From assembly GCA_949295785.1 (NCBI GenBank), contig CASFMJ010000110.1, forward strand, positions 1,313 to 65,312: 64,000 nt of DNA, written 5' to 3'. Under the pieces are notes generated by a model. That model searched no databases. It worked only from the letters and a program-made list of their open reading frames with translations, and had not been told where the DNA came from. This document shows, piece by piece, positions 27,459-36,943 of the stretch (within the stretch, counting starts at the first letter, position 1; each line of letters opens with the position of its first letter). The position numbers were made by a program, and so were the translations under genes. The DNA is from an uncultured Bacillota bacterium (GTDB lineage: Bacteria > Bacillota > Clostridia > Peptostreptococcales > Anaerovoracaceae).

Positions 27459-28790
27459 ATGTTAAAGAAAAAAGCAGGAATCACGTCATTCAGAATAATA
27501 TTGGCTGCATTTGCCATAGCTATAGTGATAGGTACATTTTTTCTTATGCTGCCGTGGGCTGTGAAAGAGGGAAACCATGTTACTGTGGAAGATGCACTGT
27601 TCACTTCTGTTTCGGCAGTTTGTGTCACTGGACTGTCAATTTACGATACTGCATCCTGCTGGTCTTGTTTTGGACAGATTGTTATAATGGCTCTGATACA
27701 GCTGGGAGGTATAGGTGTGATAACTGCCGCTGCTTCAATGATGATGTTGTCAGGGAAAAAAATAACACTGCTGCAGCGAACAGTCATGACAGAAGCCGTT
27801 TCTGCCCATAAAGTGGGCGGTATAGTAAAAATGACAGGATTTGTAGTAAAAATTGTGTTTGCGGCAGAGCTTGCAGGGGCGGCAATAATGTCACCGGTAT
27901 TTTGCAGCCGTTATGGCCAAGAAGGATTATGGATGGCTATGTTTCATTCAGTGTCGGCGTTTTGTAACGGAGGATTTGATATAATGGGTGAACAGGAAGG
28001 TGCCTTCTCTTCGTTATATGCATTCAGAGACGATGTACTTGTAAATATAGTCCTCATGGCACTTATAATAACAGGCGGCATCGGATTTCTGACATGGGAA
28101 GATGTAAGAATAAATAAATTTCATTTCAAAAAGTACAGATTGCAGACTAAAGTGATAATACTGACAACTTCAGTTCTGATATTTTTCCCTGCACTATATT
28201 TTTTTTCGTTTCAGTTTGAAGAAGAGGACATCAGAGGAAGATTGTTTGCTTCACTGTTTCAGTCTGTTACCGCAAGAACGGCAGGATTCAGTACTGTGGA
28301 TATTTCAGCCATGAGTGAAACGAGTCTTTTTATAATAATGTTTCTGATGTTTGTGGGAGGCAGTCCCGGTTCAACTGCGGGCGGAATCAAAACTACAACT
28401 CTTGCCGTGCTGATCGGCACTACTGCGGCAGTGTTACGAAGAAAGGATAATACTCATTTTCAGGGAAGAAAAGTTGAACAGGTTGCTGTAAGAAATGCAA
28501 TTGCTGTTTTCATGCTGTATATGTCCGTTTCTTCAATAGCGGGAGTAATAATCTGCTCTTTGGAGCGCCTTCCGCTGTCATATTGTATTTTTGAGTCTGT
28601 TTCTGCATTGACAACTACCGGGCTGTCCGTGGGAATAACTCCCGGGTTATGTACGGTTTCAAAAATAATACTGACAGTATTGATGTTTACAGGCAGGGTA
28701 GGTGGTCTTACACTTATTTATGCAGTTCTTCCCGGTAATCCCAGGGATAAATCATCAAACCTGCCCCATGAAAAGATCACAGTGGGATAA
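27459..28790 (+). CDS. Trk/Ktr potassium uptake membrane subunit (TrkH/KtrB family)
   Basis: Pore loops SAVCVTGL, SAFCNGGF, TARTAGF, SALTTTGLS; GGSPGSTAGGIKTT; start uncertain (no clear SD). Confidence 0.9.
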   Translation: MLKKKAGITSFRIILAAFAIAIVIGTFFLMLPWAVKEGNHVTVEDALFTSVSAVCVTGLSIYDTASCWSCFGQIVIMALIQLGGIGVITAAASMMMLSGKKITLLQRTVMTEAVSAHKVGGIVKMTGFVVKIVFAAELAGAAIMSPVFCSRYGQEGLWMAMFHSVSAFCNGGFDIMGEQEGAFSSLYAFRDDVLVNIVLMALIITGGIGFLTWEDVRINKFHFKKYRLQTKVIILTTSVLIFFPALYFFSFQFEEEDIRGRLFASLFQSVTARTAGFSTVDISAMSETSLFIIMFLMFVGGSPGSTAGGIKTTTLAVLIGTTAAVLRRKDNTHFQGRKVEQVAVRNAIAVFMLYMSVSSIAGVIICSLERLPLSYCIFESVSALTTTGLSVGITPGLCTVSKIILTVLMFTGRVGGLTLIYAVLPGNPRDKSSNLPHEKITVG

Positions 28791-28800
28791 AGGAGGAAAA

Positions 28801-29448
28801 ATGAGATCTATACTTCTCATCGGAGTTGGAAGACTGGGGAAAAATATTGTTACTAACCTAAGTGCACTCCAGCATGAAATCATGGCTGTAGATATATCAG
28901 AGGAAAGAGTGGAAGAAGTGTTACCATATGTAACAGGAGCGCAGATAGGAGACGGTACCAGCACATCTTTTCTAAAGTCACTTGGCGTAGGAAATTATGA
29001 TGTATGCATTGTCGCCATGGGCAGTGATTTTAGAAGTTCCCTTGAGACGGCATACCTTCTAAAAGAACTGGGAGCAAAAAAGGTAGTTTCAAGAGCTACA
29101 GAAGATGTGCAGGAAAAATTTTTACTGAACAACGGAGCCGATGCAGTGCTTTATCCTGAAAAGGAAGTTGCAGAATGGGTATCTGTAAAATATACTTTTG
29201 ACAATGTAAAAGATTACATGAGGCTGGATGAAACCATGTCGCTGTTTGAGATAAGCATGCCTAAAGGCCGGCATGGCAGTGAAGCTGAGAAGACAGACTT
29301 AGCAGAAAAATTTGATATTCACATCATTGGAATAAGGAAAAAAGGTGCAGAAAAATGGATATTGAGGCCGGATACGTTGCCGGAAGAAGGAGATCTTGCC
29401 CTGATAGCAGGAACAATTAAAAATGTACAGAAATACTTACGCACCTGA
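28801..29448 (+). CDS. Trk/Ktr regulatory RCK subunit (TrkA/KtrA family)
   Basis: IGVGRLG nucleotide-binding loop, GADAVLYPE; SD AGGAGG before ATG 28801. Confidence 0.88.
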   Translation: MRSILLIGVGRLGKNIVTNLSALQHEIMAVDISEERVEEVLPYVTGAQIGDGTSTSFLKSLGVGNYDVCIVAMGSDFRSSLETAYLLKELGAKKVVSRATEDVQEKFLLNNGADAVLYPEKEVAEWVSVKYTFDNVKDYMRLDETMSLFEISMPKGRHGSEAEKTDLAEKFDIHIIGIRKKGAEKWILRPDTLPEEGDLALIAGTIKNVQKYLRT

Positions 29449-29497
29449 TATGACAGAGGCAAATCAGCTGCAGTCTGCACAAAACCGCCTGAGCTTA

Positions 29498-30778
29498 TTA
29501 TTCTTCAGGCGGTTTTGCTATGGTTGCGACAAAATCTTCAAAATCATCAAAAGAGCTGTTTATAAAATCAAAAAGAACAGGGTCTTTAAATTCATATTTG
29601 GATACGGGGACGATAAAAGGCGCCATGGATGATTCTGCCAGATCCAGTTCAAGCTTACGAATGTCTTTAATATTATAGGATGCCAGTATCAGCTGATTAT
29701 CTTCGAGAACAAAGTATATTCCCAGGACATCATCGTTGAGAAGATAGGTGGAATTCTTCACATGATCATTATGAGGCTGAAAAATCATGAACAATTTTCC
29801 TGAGGCATAATCAGATATCATTGCTTTTCTTGTAAACTGTGTGGTATGTCTGTCAAATTCAGGCGCAGAAGGGACAAGATCTGCAACTGTTATAAATTCA
29901 GGCCTTGAAGTCATCATGGAAGCCTCTGCGGCAGAAACCTGAAACTCAGAGACTTTTTCATATCTGACAACTTTAAGATGGTCAAGAGAAATCTGAGTTA
30001 TAAGTAGAAAGTATCTGCTGTCATATTCTATCAGAGATTCACACATATATGATCTGAAAGTATTGAAAGTGCCAAAATCTCTGTCATTATCTGTCACGTG
30101 ATAATCGGTATTGGTACCACTTACCGCATCGGGGGCTTCTTCTATTACATTCCTTAAAAGAGTAGCACCTTTATGGTTTGGAAAAATATCGGTACGCACA
30201 TAACCTTTTGTCAGGAATTTCGCTGCGCCGAAATCTTTACCCACACACCTCATGATAAAATAATTGATTACCTGATACGGAGAGTCAAGCCTGGGACACT
30301 GTTTACACATAAGAATGTATTCCTCAGCTTCAGTGAGTTTTATTCTTGGCGAGAGCATAAATTCATATTCCTCATAGTCATCAGGAAGAGGAAGATTGCT
30401 TTTGAGGTTAAGATCCACATAGCTTTGAAGCATGTATCTTGCTTCTCTTTCATTAAGACTTACGCGTTTACCGCCCAGACCTCCCATCATGCAGTTCTCA
30501 ATGTCTTCTATTTCCTGAACCTCTTGTGCAGATCCGTTGCCGAGAACGCTGCGATAGGTCTCAAACCCCGATTCTTCGGCATCAAAATAAAAAAACTGCT
30601 GGAGATCCGTAAGATATGTGTTTTCCGTAAGCTTCCAGTGCACGCACATGCTTACCACACCCATGAGCCGTGTATCTGTGATAGAAGCTGAGACGAATTC
30701 TTTGGGGCTGTCTTCCAGCGTTTCAGCAAGTCCTCCGTTTATGACCTTAAAAGTAGAGCGTATATCTTGATATGACAA
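29498..30778 (-). CDS. Hypothetical protein
   Basis: 426-codon ORF, TTG start after SD AGAGGT; no family recognised. Confidence 0.7.
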   Translation of the reverse strand: MSYQDIRSTFKVINGGLAETLEDSPKEFVSASITDTRLMGVVSMCVHWKLTENTYLTDLQQFFYFDAEESGFETYRSVLGNGSAQEVQEIEDIENCMMGGLGGKRVSLNEREARYMLQSYVDLNLKSNLPLPDDYEEYEFMLSPRIKLTEAEEYILMCKQCPRLDSPYQVINYFIMRCVGKDFGAAKFLTKGYVRTDIFPNHKGATLLRNVIEEAPDAVSGTNTDYHVTDNDRDFGTFNTFRSYMCESLIEYDSRYFLLITQISLDHLKVVRYEKVSEFQVSAAEASMMTSRPEFITVADLVPSAPEFDRHTTQFTRKAMISDYASGKLFMIFQPHNDHVKNSTYLLNDDVLGIYFVLEDNQLILASYNIKDIRKLELDLAESSMAPFIVPVSKYEFKDPVLFDFINSSFDDFEDFVATIAKPPEE

Positions 30779-30932
30779 CTTTGTTACCTCTTTTTCTTAT
30801 TTATACTAATAGTATACAATATTCCCGAAAAAAAACAAAAATTATTTTAAAAAAGAAAAACATTTGTATAGGGAAAAGTGTTATATAGATATAAAAGTGA
30901 TCTATAAATAAAAGATATTCCATAAAGGTAGT

Positions 30933-31436
30933 ATGATGAACCGATTTGAAAAAATATATAAAAATAATATCGATATGGTATACAGACTTGCTGCTGCCAT
31001 GCTGAAAGAAAGTCAGGATGCAGAAGACGTAGCGCAGACAGTTTTTATAAAATTGTATAAAACTCTGGACAAGGATATTTTTAATGATGAAGAACATATA
31101 CGACGCTGGCTTATAAGGGTGACAAGAAATGAAACACTTAATTTCATAAGAAAACATAAAACGGAAAAGAATTATGAAAAAAAATATCTGAAAATTGAAA
31201 ATGTTAAGGCAGCAGGCAGAGACTTTGCTCCGGAATATGAAAGAACGGATATTATCAGAAAAAGCCTTGAAACTCTGCCTTTGAAATACAGGCTGACACT
31301 ATACCTGTTCTATTATGAAGGATATAGTTCAGCAGAGATAGCAGAGATATTGGGGAAAAAGCATGCAACTGTCAGGACATGGCTTTATGCAGGCAGAAAA
31401 AAGCTGAAAATAAAGCTGCAAAAGGAGGAAGAGTGA
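30933..31436 (+). CDS. ECF RNA polymerase sigma factor
   Basis: DAEDVAQTVFIKL and WLIRVTRN (region 2); LPLKYR...LFYYEGYSSAEIAEILG..TVRTWL (region 4). Confidence 0.9.
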   Translation: MMNRFEKIYKNNIDMVYRLAAAMLKESQDAEDVAQTVFIKLYKTLDKDIFNDEEHIRRWLIRVTRNETLNFIRKHKTEKNYEKKYLKIENVKAAGRDFAPEYERTDIIRKSLETLPLKYRLTLYLFYYEGYSSAEIAEILGKKHATVRTWLYAGRKKLKIKLQKEEE

Positions 31437-32476
31437 TGAAACAGGATGAATTGAGGGAATATTTTGAAAAAATTAGACCTGATGATGAACAAAAAACAAG
31501 AATATTTGAAGGCGTCATGCAGAAAAAAGATGATACACAGGTTTACAGAGCTCCGCATAAAGGCAGGAGGGTCCTGATACTTGCAGCAATGTTTGTATTG
31601 ATTATGGGGTGTATAGCATATGGAACTACCCTGATAAAACAAAACGATGCCATGAGAGATATTGGCTACTGGTGTGACGGTAAACCGGCAGACAGCAATA
31701 TATATATGACAAAAGAGGGATATAAGGTAATAGTAGGTGATGCCGGGTCATCTGTTTCGGTGACAAGAGGCAAGTTTGGAGATAAAGAACCATTTGAGAG
31801 TGAAGTCAGTGTAACATGTGAGCAGGATACAGGCACAGTGCCTGTATTGATTCTGGATGAAAAAAGATATATTGAGGAAAAAGCTGAAATAGAGGATGAA
31901 GGATATAATCCAATAATGCTGCTTATAGTGGAAGGGTTTGAAACAAAGCCTGAAGATGTGGAAGCTTTGACAGAAGAAATTATAGACTATTATGAAGTCA
32001 ATGGGGAAGTTGACAATGGTTTCTATGACAGCATTGAGGAAAAGTATCAGCTGGGAGAAAAAGGTCCGCTTAAAGATATCGGCTGCTGGTGTGGCGACAA
32101 GCCGGCCGATGATAATATCAGAATCACAGATGAAGGGTATAAAGTCATAGTGGGTGATGAAGGATCTGCAATCTCTATAACGCGAGGGACATTGAAAGAA
32201 CAGAAACCGTTTACGATACGCTTCACATTGACATGTGATAAAAAGACCGGCACGGTTCCTGTGGTAATATTGGATGAGAAACGCTATGCAGACAAGAAGG
32301 AAGATGTGAAAGCGGCAGGATATGAGCCATTTGGTCAGCTGATAGTGGAAGGATTTGAAGTAGCGCCTGAAAATGTAGATGCGTTGGTAACCGAGGCCAT
32401 AAAATATTATGAAGCTAATGGAAAGATTGATATGAAAGAGTATATCGTATTGAAGGAAAAATATGATCTGCAGTAG
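31436..32476 (+). CDS. Putative membrane anti-sigma factor with duplicated extracytoplasmic domain
   Basis: TGATG coupling to the sigma gene; short cytoplasmic N-terminus, one TM, two 139-aa repeats. Confidence 0.7.
   Translation: MKQDELREYFEKIRPDDEQKTRIFEGVMQKKDDTQVYRAPHKGRRVLILAAMFVLIMGCIAYGTTLIKQNDAMRDIGYWCDGKPADSNIYMTKEGYKVIVGDAGSSVSVTRGKFGDKEPFESEVSVTCEQDTGTVPVLILDEKRYIEEKAEIEDEGYNPIMLLIVEGFETKPEDVEALTEEIIDYYEVNGEVDNGFYDSIEEKYQLGEKGPLKDIGCWCGDKPADDNIRITDEGYKVIVGDEGSAISITRGTLKEQKPFTIRFTLTCDKKTGTVPVVILDEKRYADKKEDVKAAGYEPFGQLIVEGFEVAPENVDALVTEAIKYYEANGKIDMKEYIVLKEKYDLQ
31655..32470 (+). repeat. Intragenic tandem duplication, 417-nt period
   Basis: DIGYWCDGKPADSNI...EKYQL versus DIGCWCGDKPADDNI...EKYDL; aligned GAT codons at 31658 and 32075. 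Confidence 0.9.
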
Positions 32477-32565
32477 GAATAAGAGATTTTTACATAAATT
32501 ATATGATTGACAGTTGACTTTGGGGGTAAAAGATATATAATGATATGAGCAATAAAAACTGAAAA

Positions 32566-32684
32566 TCCTTATTGAGAGCGGCTGAGGGAATAGGCCCTGC
32601 GAAGCCCGGCAACCTGTGTACATGGGTAAGACCATTATGCAAGGTGCTAAATCCTACAGAAATATCATTTCTGAAAGATGAGGA
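32566..32684 (+). ncRNA. SAM-I (S-box) riboswitch
   Basis: TCCTTATTGAGAG...GCTGAGGGA..GGCCC..GAAGCCCGGCAACC...GGTGCTAAATCC...GAAAGATGAGGA upstream of metK. Confidence 0.93.
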
Positions 32685-32704
32685 AAGATACCGATAAATT
32701 CCGA

Positions 32705-32732
32705 CCTCTCTTTTTAGAAAGAGAGGTTTTAA
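32705..32732 (+). terminator. Riboswitch-controlled terminator
   Basis: ACCTCTCTTT-TTAG-AAAGAGAGGT followed by a short T-run. Confidence 0.7.
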
Positions 32733-32777
32733 ATTATTGGGGATAAGGATTTAAGAGAAAAAAGGAGGTACAAGTAA

Positions 32778-33962
32778 ATGAAAAAATTGTTCACATCCGA
32801 ATCCGTAACTGAAGGACATCCGGATAAAGTCTGCGACCAGATTTCCGATGCTATCCTTGATGCCATAATGGAGCAGGATCCATACGGCAGAGTAGCAGCA
32901 GAGGCTACCACCACCACAGGCTATGCAATGGTAATGGGTGAGATAAGTACAAAATGCTATGTTGATATACCTAAGATTGTCCGTAAAGTAATATTAGATA
33001 TAGGATATGACAGAAGCGATTATGGATTCGACGGCAACACCTGTGCAGTACTTTCTGCCATTGACGAACAATCCGGCGATATAGCCATGGGAGTTGATAA
33101 GGCTCTTGAATATAAGGACGGAACTCTTGATGACAAGATAGACACCATAGGAGCAGGTGATCAGGGACTTATGTTCGGATATGCATGTAATGAGACTCCG
33201 GAGCTTATGCCTATGCCTATTGCTCTTGCTCACAAGCTGGCAAGAAGACTTGCCGAAGTGAGAAAAGATGGAACATTAAAATATCTCCGCCCTGATGGAA
33301 AAACACAGGTCACTGTAGAATATGACGGCAATCAGGTAAAGAGAATAGATACAGTTCTGGTTTCTACCCAGCATGATCCTGATGTGACACAACAGCAGAT
33401 AAAAGACGATATTATTAAACACGTGGTAAAACCCATAGTTCCGGCAGAACTGCTTGATGAAAATACAAAATACTTTGTGAATCCGACAGGAAGATTTGTA
33501 ATCGGCGGGCCTCACGGAGACTCAGGTCTTACAGGCAGAAAGATAATTGTAGACAGCTATGGCGGATACGCTCGCCACGGAGGCGGAGCTTTTTCCGGAA
33601 AGGATCCTACAAAAGTTGACCGCAGTGCGTCATATGCGGCAAGATATGCTGCTAAAAACGTGGTGGCAGCAGGAATTGCCGATAAATGCGAAATTCAGCT
33701 TGCTTATGCCATTGGTGTAGCAAGACCTGTATCTATTATGGTGGATACTTTCGGTACGGGAAAGATTTCAGATGAAAAGATAGCTGAACTGGTAGAAAAG
33801 AATTTCGATATGAGACCTGCTGCAATCATAAGAGATCTTAATCTGAGAAGACCTATATACAGACAGGTGGCAGCATATGGACATTTCGGAAGAACTGATA
33901 TAGACCTTCCATGGGAACATACTGACAAAGCGGAGACACTGAAAAAGCAGGTCGGAATCTGA
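32778..33962 (+). CDS. metK: S-adenosylmethionine synthetase
   Basis: [28 protein letters not shown]. Confidence 0.98.
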   Translation: MKKLFTSESVTEGHPDKVCDQISDAILDAIMEQDPYGRVAAEATTTTGYAMVMGEISTKCYVDIPKIVRKVILDIGYDRSDYGFDGNTCAVLSAIDEQSGDIAMGVDKALEYKDGTLDDKIDTIGAGDQGLMFGYACNETPELMPMPIALAHKLARRLAEVRKDGTLKYLRPDGKTQVTVEYDGNQVKRIDTVLVSTQHDPDVTQQQIKDDIIKHVVKPIVPAELLDENTKYFVNPTGRFVIGGPHGDSGLTGRKIIVDSYGGYARHGGGAFSGKDPTKVDRSASYAARYAAKNVVAAGIADKCEIQLAYAIGVARPVSIMVDTFGTGKISDEKIAELVEKNFDMRPAAIIRDLNLRRPIYRQVAAYGHFGRTDIDLPWEHTDKAETLKKQVGI

Positions 33963-33994
33963 TACTTAAAAGCTTATGTCTGATAAAAAAGAAA

Positions 33995-34034
33995 AAAATG
34001 CCGGGGATACGAAAAATCATATCCCCGGCATTTT
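33995..34034. terminator. Bidirectional terminator
   Basis: AAAATGCCGGGGAT-N12-ATCCCCGGCATTTT between convergent genes. Confidence 0.8.
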
Positions 34035-34078
34035 CACATACAATTGGGGCAAAGAATCTGTCCAAAATGGTGGCAGGT

Positions 34079-34255
34079 TTAAGCACGTTTATCAAGAGCC
34101 TGCTTAAGATAACCGACGGTTATAATAGCACAGATTACAACTCCGGCATAAGGCCAGTTGGCATCGGTCAGCCCGAAAATCTTTGAGCCGAGACAGCATA
34201 GTCCTATAAGGGCTCCTGCTCCTGCCCGTATAAAATTCATCGTTCTATCAGACAT
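34079..34255 (-). CDS. Small membrane protein, 58 aa (not in ORF track)
   Basis: MSDRTMNFIRAGAGALIGLCCLGSKIFGLTDANWPYAGVVICAIITVGYLKQALDKRA; SD AGGAGG overlapping the deoC stop; two hydrophobic stretches. Confidence 0.65.
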   Translation of the reverse strand: MSDRTMNFIRAGAGALIGLCCLGSKIFGLTDANWPYAGVVICAIITVGYLKQALDKRA

Positions 34256-34265
34256 AAATAGCCTC

Positions 34266-34940
34266 CTATTTTTTTAAACCGGCAGCTTCCATTATTGAAA
34301 CGGAAGCGCTGGCGCCAATTCTGTCAGCACCTGCTTCTATCATTGACATTACAGCATCAAGATCTCTGATGCCGCCGCTGGCCTTAACCTGCATACTGTC
34401 ACTGACTGAATGACGCATTAAGGCGACGTCCCGGGTGGTTGCTCCGCCTGTGGAAAATCCTGTAGAAGTTTTTACAAAAGCAGCTCCTGCTTCCTCAGAA
34501 AGACGGCATACGGTTCTTTTTTCCTCATCGGTTAGAAGACAGGTCTCAATGATAACTTTGACAATAGCATTATACTTTGAAGCCGTGTCAACTACTGATT
34601 TTATATCTTCATAAACAAATTCTTCACCGCCCTCTTTAAGAGCACCTATATTTATTACCATATCTATTTCAGATGCACCGTCTCTGCAGGCTTCTTCTGT
34701 TTCAAAAACTTTTACGGCAGTGGTGCATGCGCCAAGAGGGAACCCCGTGACAGCGGCAATTTTCACATCCGAATCTTTGAGACAATCGCGGCACTGGGCC
34801 ACATTGGAAGAATTTACACATACAGAATAAAAGTCATATTTTAAAGCTTCTTCACATAACTTGTCTATCTGCTCAGCAGTAGCATCTGCCTTGAGCAGAG
34901 TATGATCAAAATATTTGTTGAGGGGCTTAGTAAGAGCCAT
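34266..34940 (-). CDS. deoC: Deoxyribose-phosphate aldolase
   Basis: [37 protein letters not shown]. Confidence 0.96.
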   Translation of the reverse strand: MALTKPLNKYFDHTLLKADATAEQIDKLCEEALKYDFYSVCVNSSNVAQCRDCLKDSDVKIAAVTGFPLGACTTAVKVFETEEACRDGASEIDMVINIGALKEGGEEFVYEDIKSVVDTASKYNAIVKVIIETCLLTDEEKRTVCRLSEEAGAAFVKTSTGFSTGGATTRDVALMRHSVSDSMQVKASGGIRDLDAVMSMIEAGADRIGASASVSIMEAAGLKK

Positions 34941-34994
34941 ACAGCTACCTCCTTATGTTTTATGTCTTTAAATTATAACATGAGGGGAATTATA

Positions 34995-35023
34995 TTGCAA
35001 TGACGGTGTTTTGAGCATATAAT
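34995..35023 (+). promoter_or_regulatory. Sigma-A promoter
   Basis: TTGCAA-N17-TATAAT. Confidence 0.55.
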
Positions 35024-35231
35024 GATAAGTGTGATATCATGATACATGTGTTACAGAACAAGGATATATTGACTGTATTGTTTTTGCGAGGGGTTCTGAC
35101 GACAAGTTATATATATTTTAATGCACATCATGTAACCGGTGTAACATACGTAAAATAAATTTTCAGGTGTTTTAGTATATAAATAAAGCGTAATTTTATA
35201 ATAAAATTAAGACTGATCAAAAGAGGTAATT

Positions 35232-35717
35232 ATGGAAAAGGCAAAAAAAGAGATTTTGAGACTGGGAAGACTGAAATGGCTGTGTTTTTTGCCGGCGGGC
35301 ATTATGTTTCTGTGGACACGCGCTGCTTTCGGGACGATGATATCTTCTATTCTTGCTGCTGTATTTGGTGTTGCATTTGTCAAGATATGCAGCAGAGGTA
35401 AAAGAACAATAATATGTGAGGAAATAATAAAAGATATGAAAGCGGGCCTTGACAAAGCCGGATTTTATGATACTGTCTTTGAAATTAAAAGTCTGAATAT
35501 AGGGCTTGTTGTGAGAGTTTATCTTATCAGAGCAAAAAACAAAGCAGAAGTATGCTCCCGCATAGTAGCCGATATGATGGAAAACGGGTGGTACAAAGAA
35601 CACATCTGGCTGACCCAGGTGGTGGATATAGAAGGCGCAGAATCGCTTTTGGAAGCCAGAAGGGCATTAAATGACGCACTTATTGAGGATATAAAAGAAA
35701 AAACTGAACGAAGGTGA
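35232..35717 (+). CDS. Hypothetical membrane protein
   Basis: SD AGAGGT; two N-terminal hydrophobic segments. Confidence 0.7.
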   Translation: MEKAKKEILRLGRLKWLCFLPAGIMFLWTRAAFGTMISSILAAVFGVAFVKICSRGKRTIICEEIIKDMKAGLDKAGFYDTVFEIKSLNIGLVVRVYLIRAKNKAEVCSRIVADMMENGWYKEHIWLTQVVDIEGAESLLEARRALNDALIEDIKEKTERR

Positions 35718-35721
35718 AAGT

Positions 35722-36135
35722 ATGAAAAATGTTCTGATAATAGACGGGCAGGGCGGTCTTTTGGGAAAGCAGATGGTGGAAGCTGTGAAAAAACTCATAC
35801 CGGAAGCTGATATAACTGCAGTAGGCACTAATCCTGTTGCAACGACCAGTATGCTCAAAGCCGGTGCTGATAATGGAGCAACCGGTGAAAATGCCGTAAT
35901 AGTAGGCGCAAGAAACGCTGATATAATAGTAGGACCCATAGGAATAGCCATAGCTGATTCACTTCTTGGTGAAATAACGCCGGCCATGGCAGTAGCTATA
36001 GGACAGAGCAGGGCGAAAAAAATCTTGATTCCCGTAAACAAATGTAATAATATAGTAATAGGTACAGACGATAAATCTACTTCCGAACTTATCGCTGAAG
36101 CCATAGAAAAGATCAGAGAGATCAGCAGAAGCTGA
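35722..36135 (+). CDS. DUF3842 family protein
   Basis: IIDGQGG..G, AVGTN..AT..MLKAGA..GATGENA, GEITPAMA. Confidence 0.85.
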   Translation: MKNVLIIDGQGGLLGKQMVEAVKKLIPEADITAVGTNPVATTSMLKAGADNGATGENAVIVGARNADIIVGPIGIAIADSLLGEITPAMAVAIGQSRAKKILIPVNKCNNIVIGTDDKSTSELIAEAIEKIREISRS

Positions 36136-36243
36136 TCCATGTGCCAGAAGGTACAGATCATCCAGAAGGAGACCTGTATCTTTTATTTTTTGTGAAAAGC
36201 TAAGGGAGAGAAGCTCCTGCAGCTTTCAGAGAAAGAGGTAAAT

Positions 36244-36783
36244 ATGACAAATCACACAAATCATAATCATATCAGAAATCTGGTTCTTTCAGCATTATGT
36301 CTTGCAATAGCAATGTTTCTGCCGTTTCTTACAGGTCAGATACAGACCATAGGAAATATGCTGTGCCCTATGCATATACCTGTATTTCTTTGCGCATATA
36401 TATGTGGATGGAAGTGGGCTGCAGCTGTAGGCTTTATTGCTCCTTTCATCAGATACTCCGCATTCGGTATGCCGCCTATAATGCCCATAGGTATAGGCAT
36501 GGCTTTTGAGATGATGACTTACGGACTGGTGGCGGGAATACTTTACAAAGTTCTTCCCAAAAAAAACGTGAACATATATGTGTCCCTTGTCATATCAATG
36601 ATAGCAGGAAGAGTAGTATGGGGAATCGCAAGACTTATTATATCAGGAGTCGCTTCCGGACAGTTTACCTGGCAGATGTTTATAAGCGGAGCTGTGCTTA
36701 CCGCCATTCCCGGAATCGTATTACATATCATACTGGTCCCTATTATTGTGATAGCTCTACGCAGAGCAAGGCTTATTCAATAA
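36244..36783 (+). CDS. ECF transporter substrate-binding S component (substrate unknown)
   Basis: Hydrophobic 179 aa, LCPMHIPV and GMPP motifs; no T or A components nearby. Confidence 0.8.
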   Translation: MTNHTNHNHIRNLVLSALCLAIAMFLPFLTGQIQTIGNMLCPMHIPVFLCAYICGWKWAAAVGFIAPFIRYSAFGMPPIMPIGIGMAFEMMTYGLVAGILYKVLPKKNVNIYVSLVISMIAGRVVWGIARLIISGVASGQFTWQMFISGAVLTAIPGIVLHIILVPIIVIALRRARLIQ

Positions 36784-36869
36784 TAAGCAGGGGTTTTAAA
36801 TAATCCTATAAAAAACAGAAATGGCCGGCCATATGCCTGCCATTTTTTGTTTGGCAGGGCGTTAAAGTA

Positions 36870-36898
36870 TTGAAAAAGACACTGTTTTGTAATATAAT
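36870..36898 (+). promoter_or_regulatory. Sigma-A promoter
   Basis: TTGAAA-N17-TATAAT. Confidence 0.6.
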
Positions 36899-36943
36899 TA
36901 AACGGTTAGATACATAAGAAATTGTTATAGAAAGGAACTCCTG

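Noticed and set aside
33974..34257. 12-bp inverted repeat TTATGTCTGATA/TATCAGACATAA bracketing 284 bp, as a possible MITE or ncRNA
   Set aside because: No target-site duplication; the interior is explained by a terminator and the 58-aa ORF; likely chance
36784..36943. Lysine riboswitch upstream of aspartate kinase
   Set aside because: The predicted promoter leaves a leader of only about 40 nt and no L-box motifs are present
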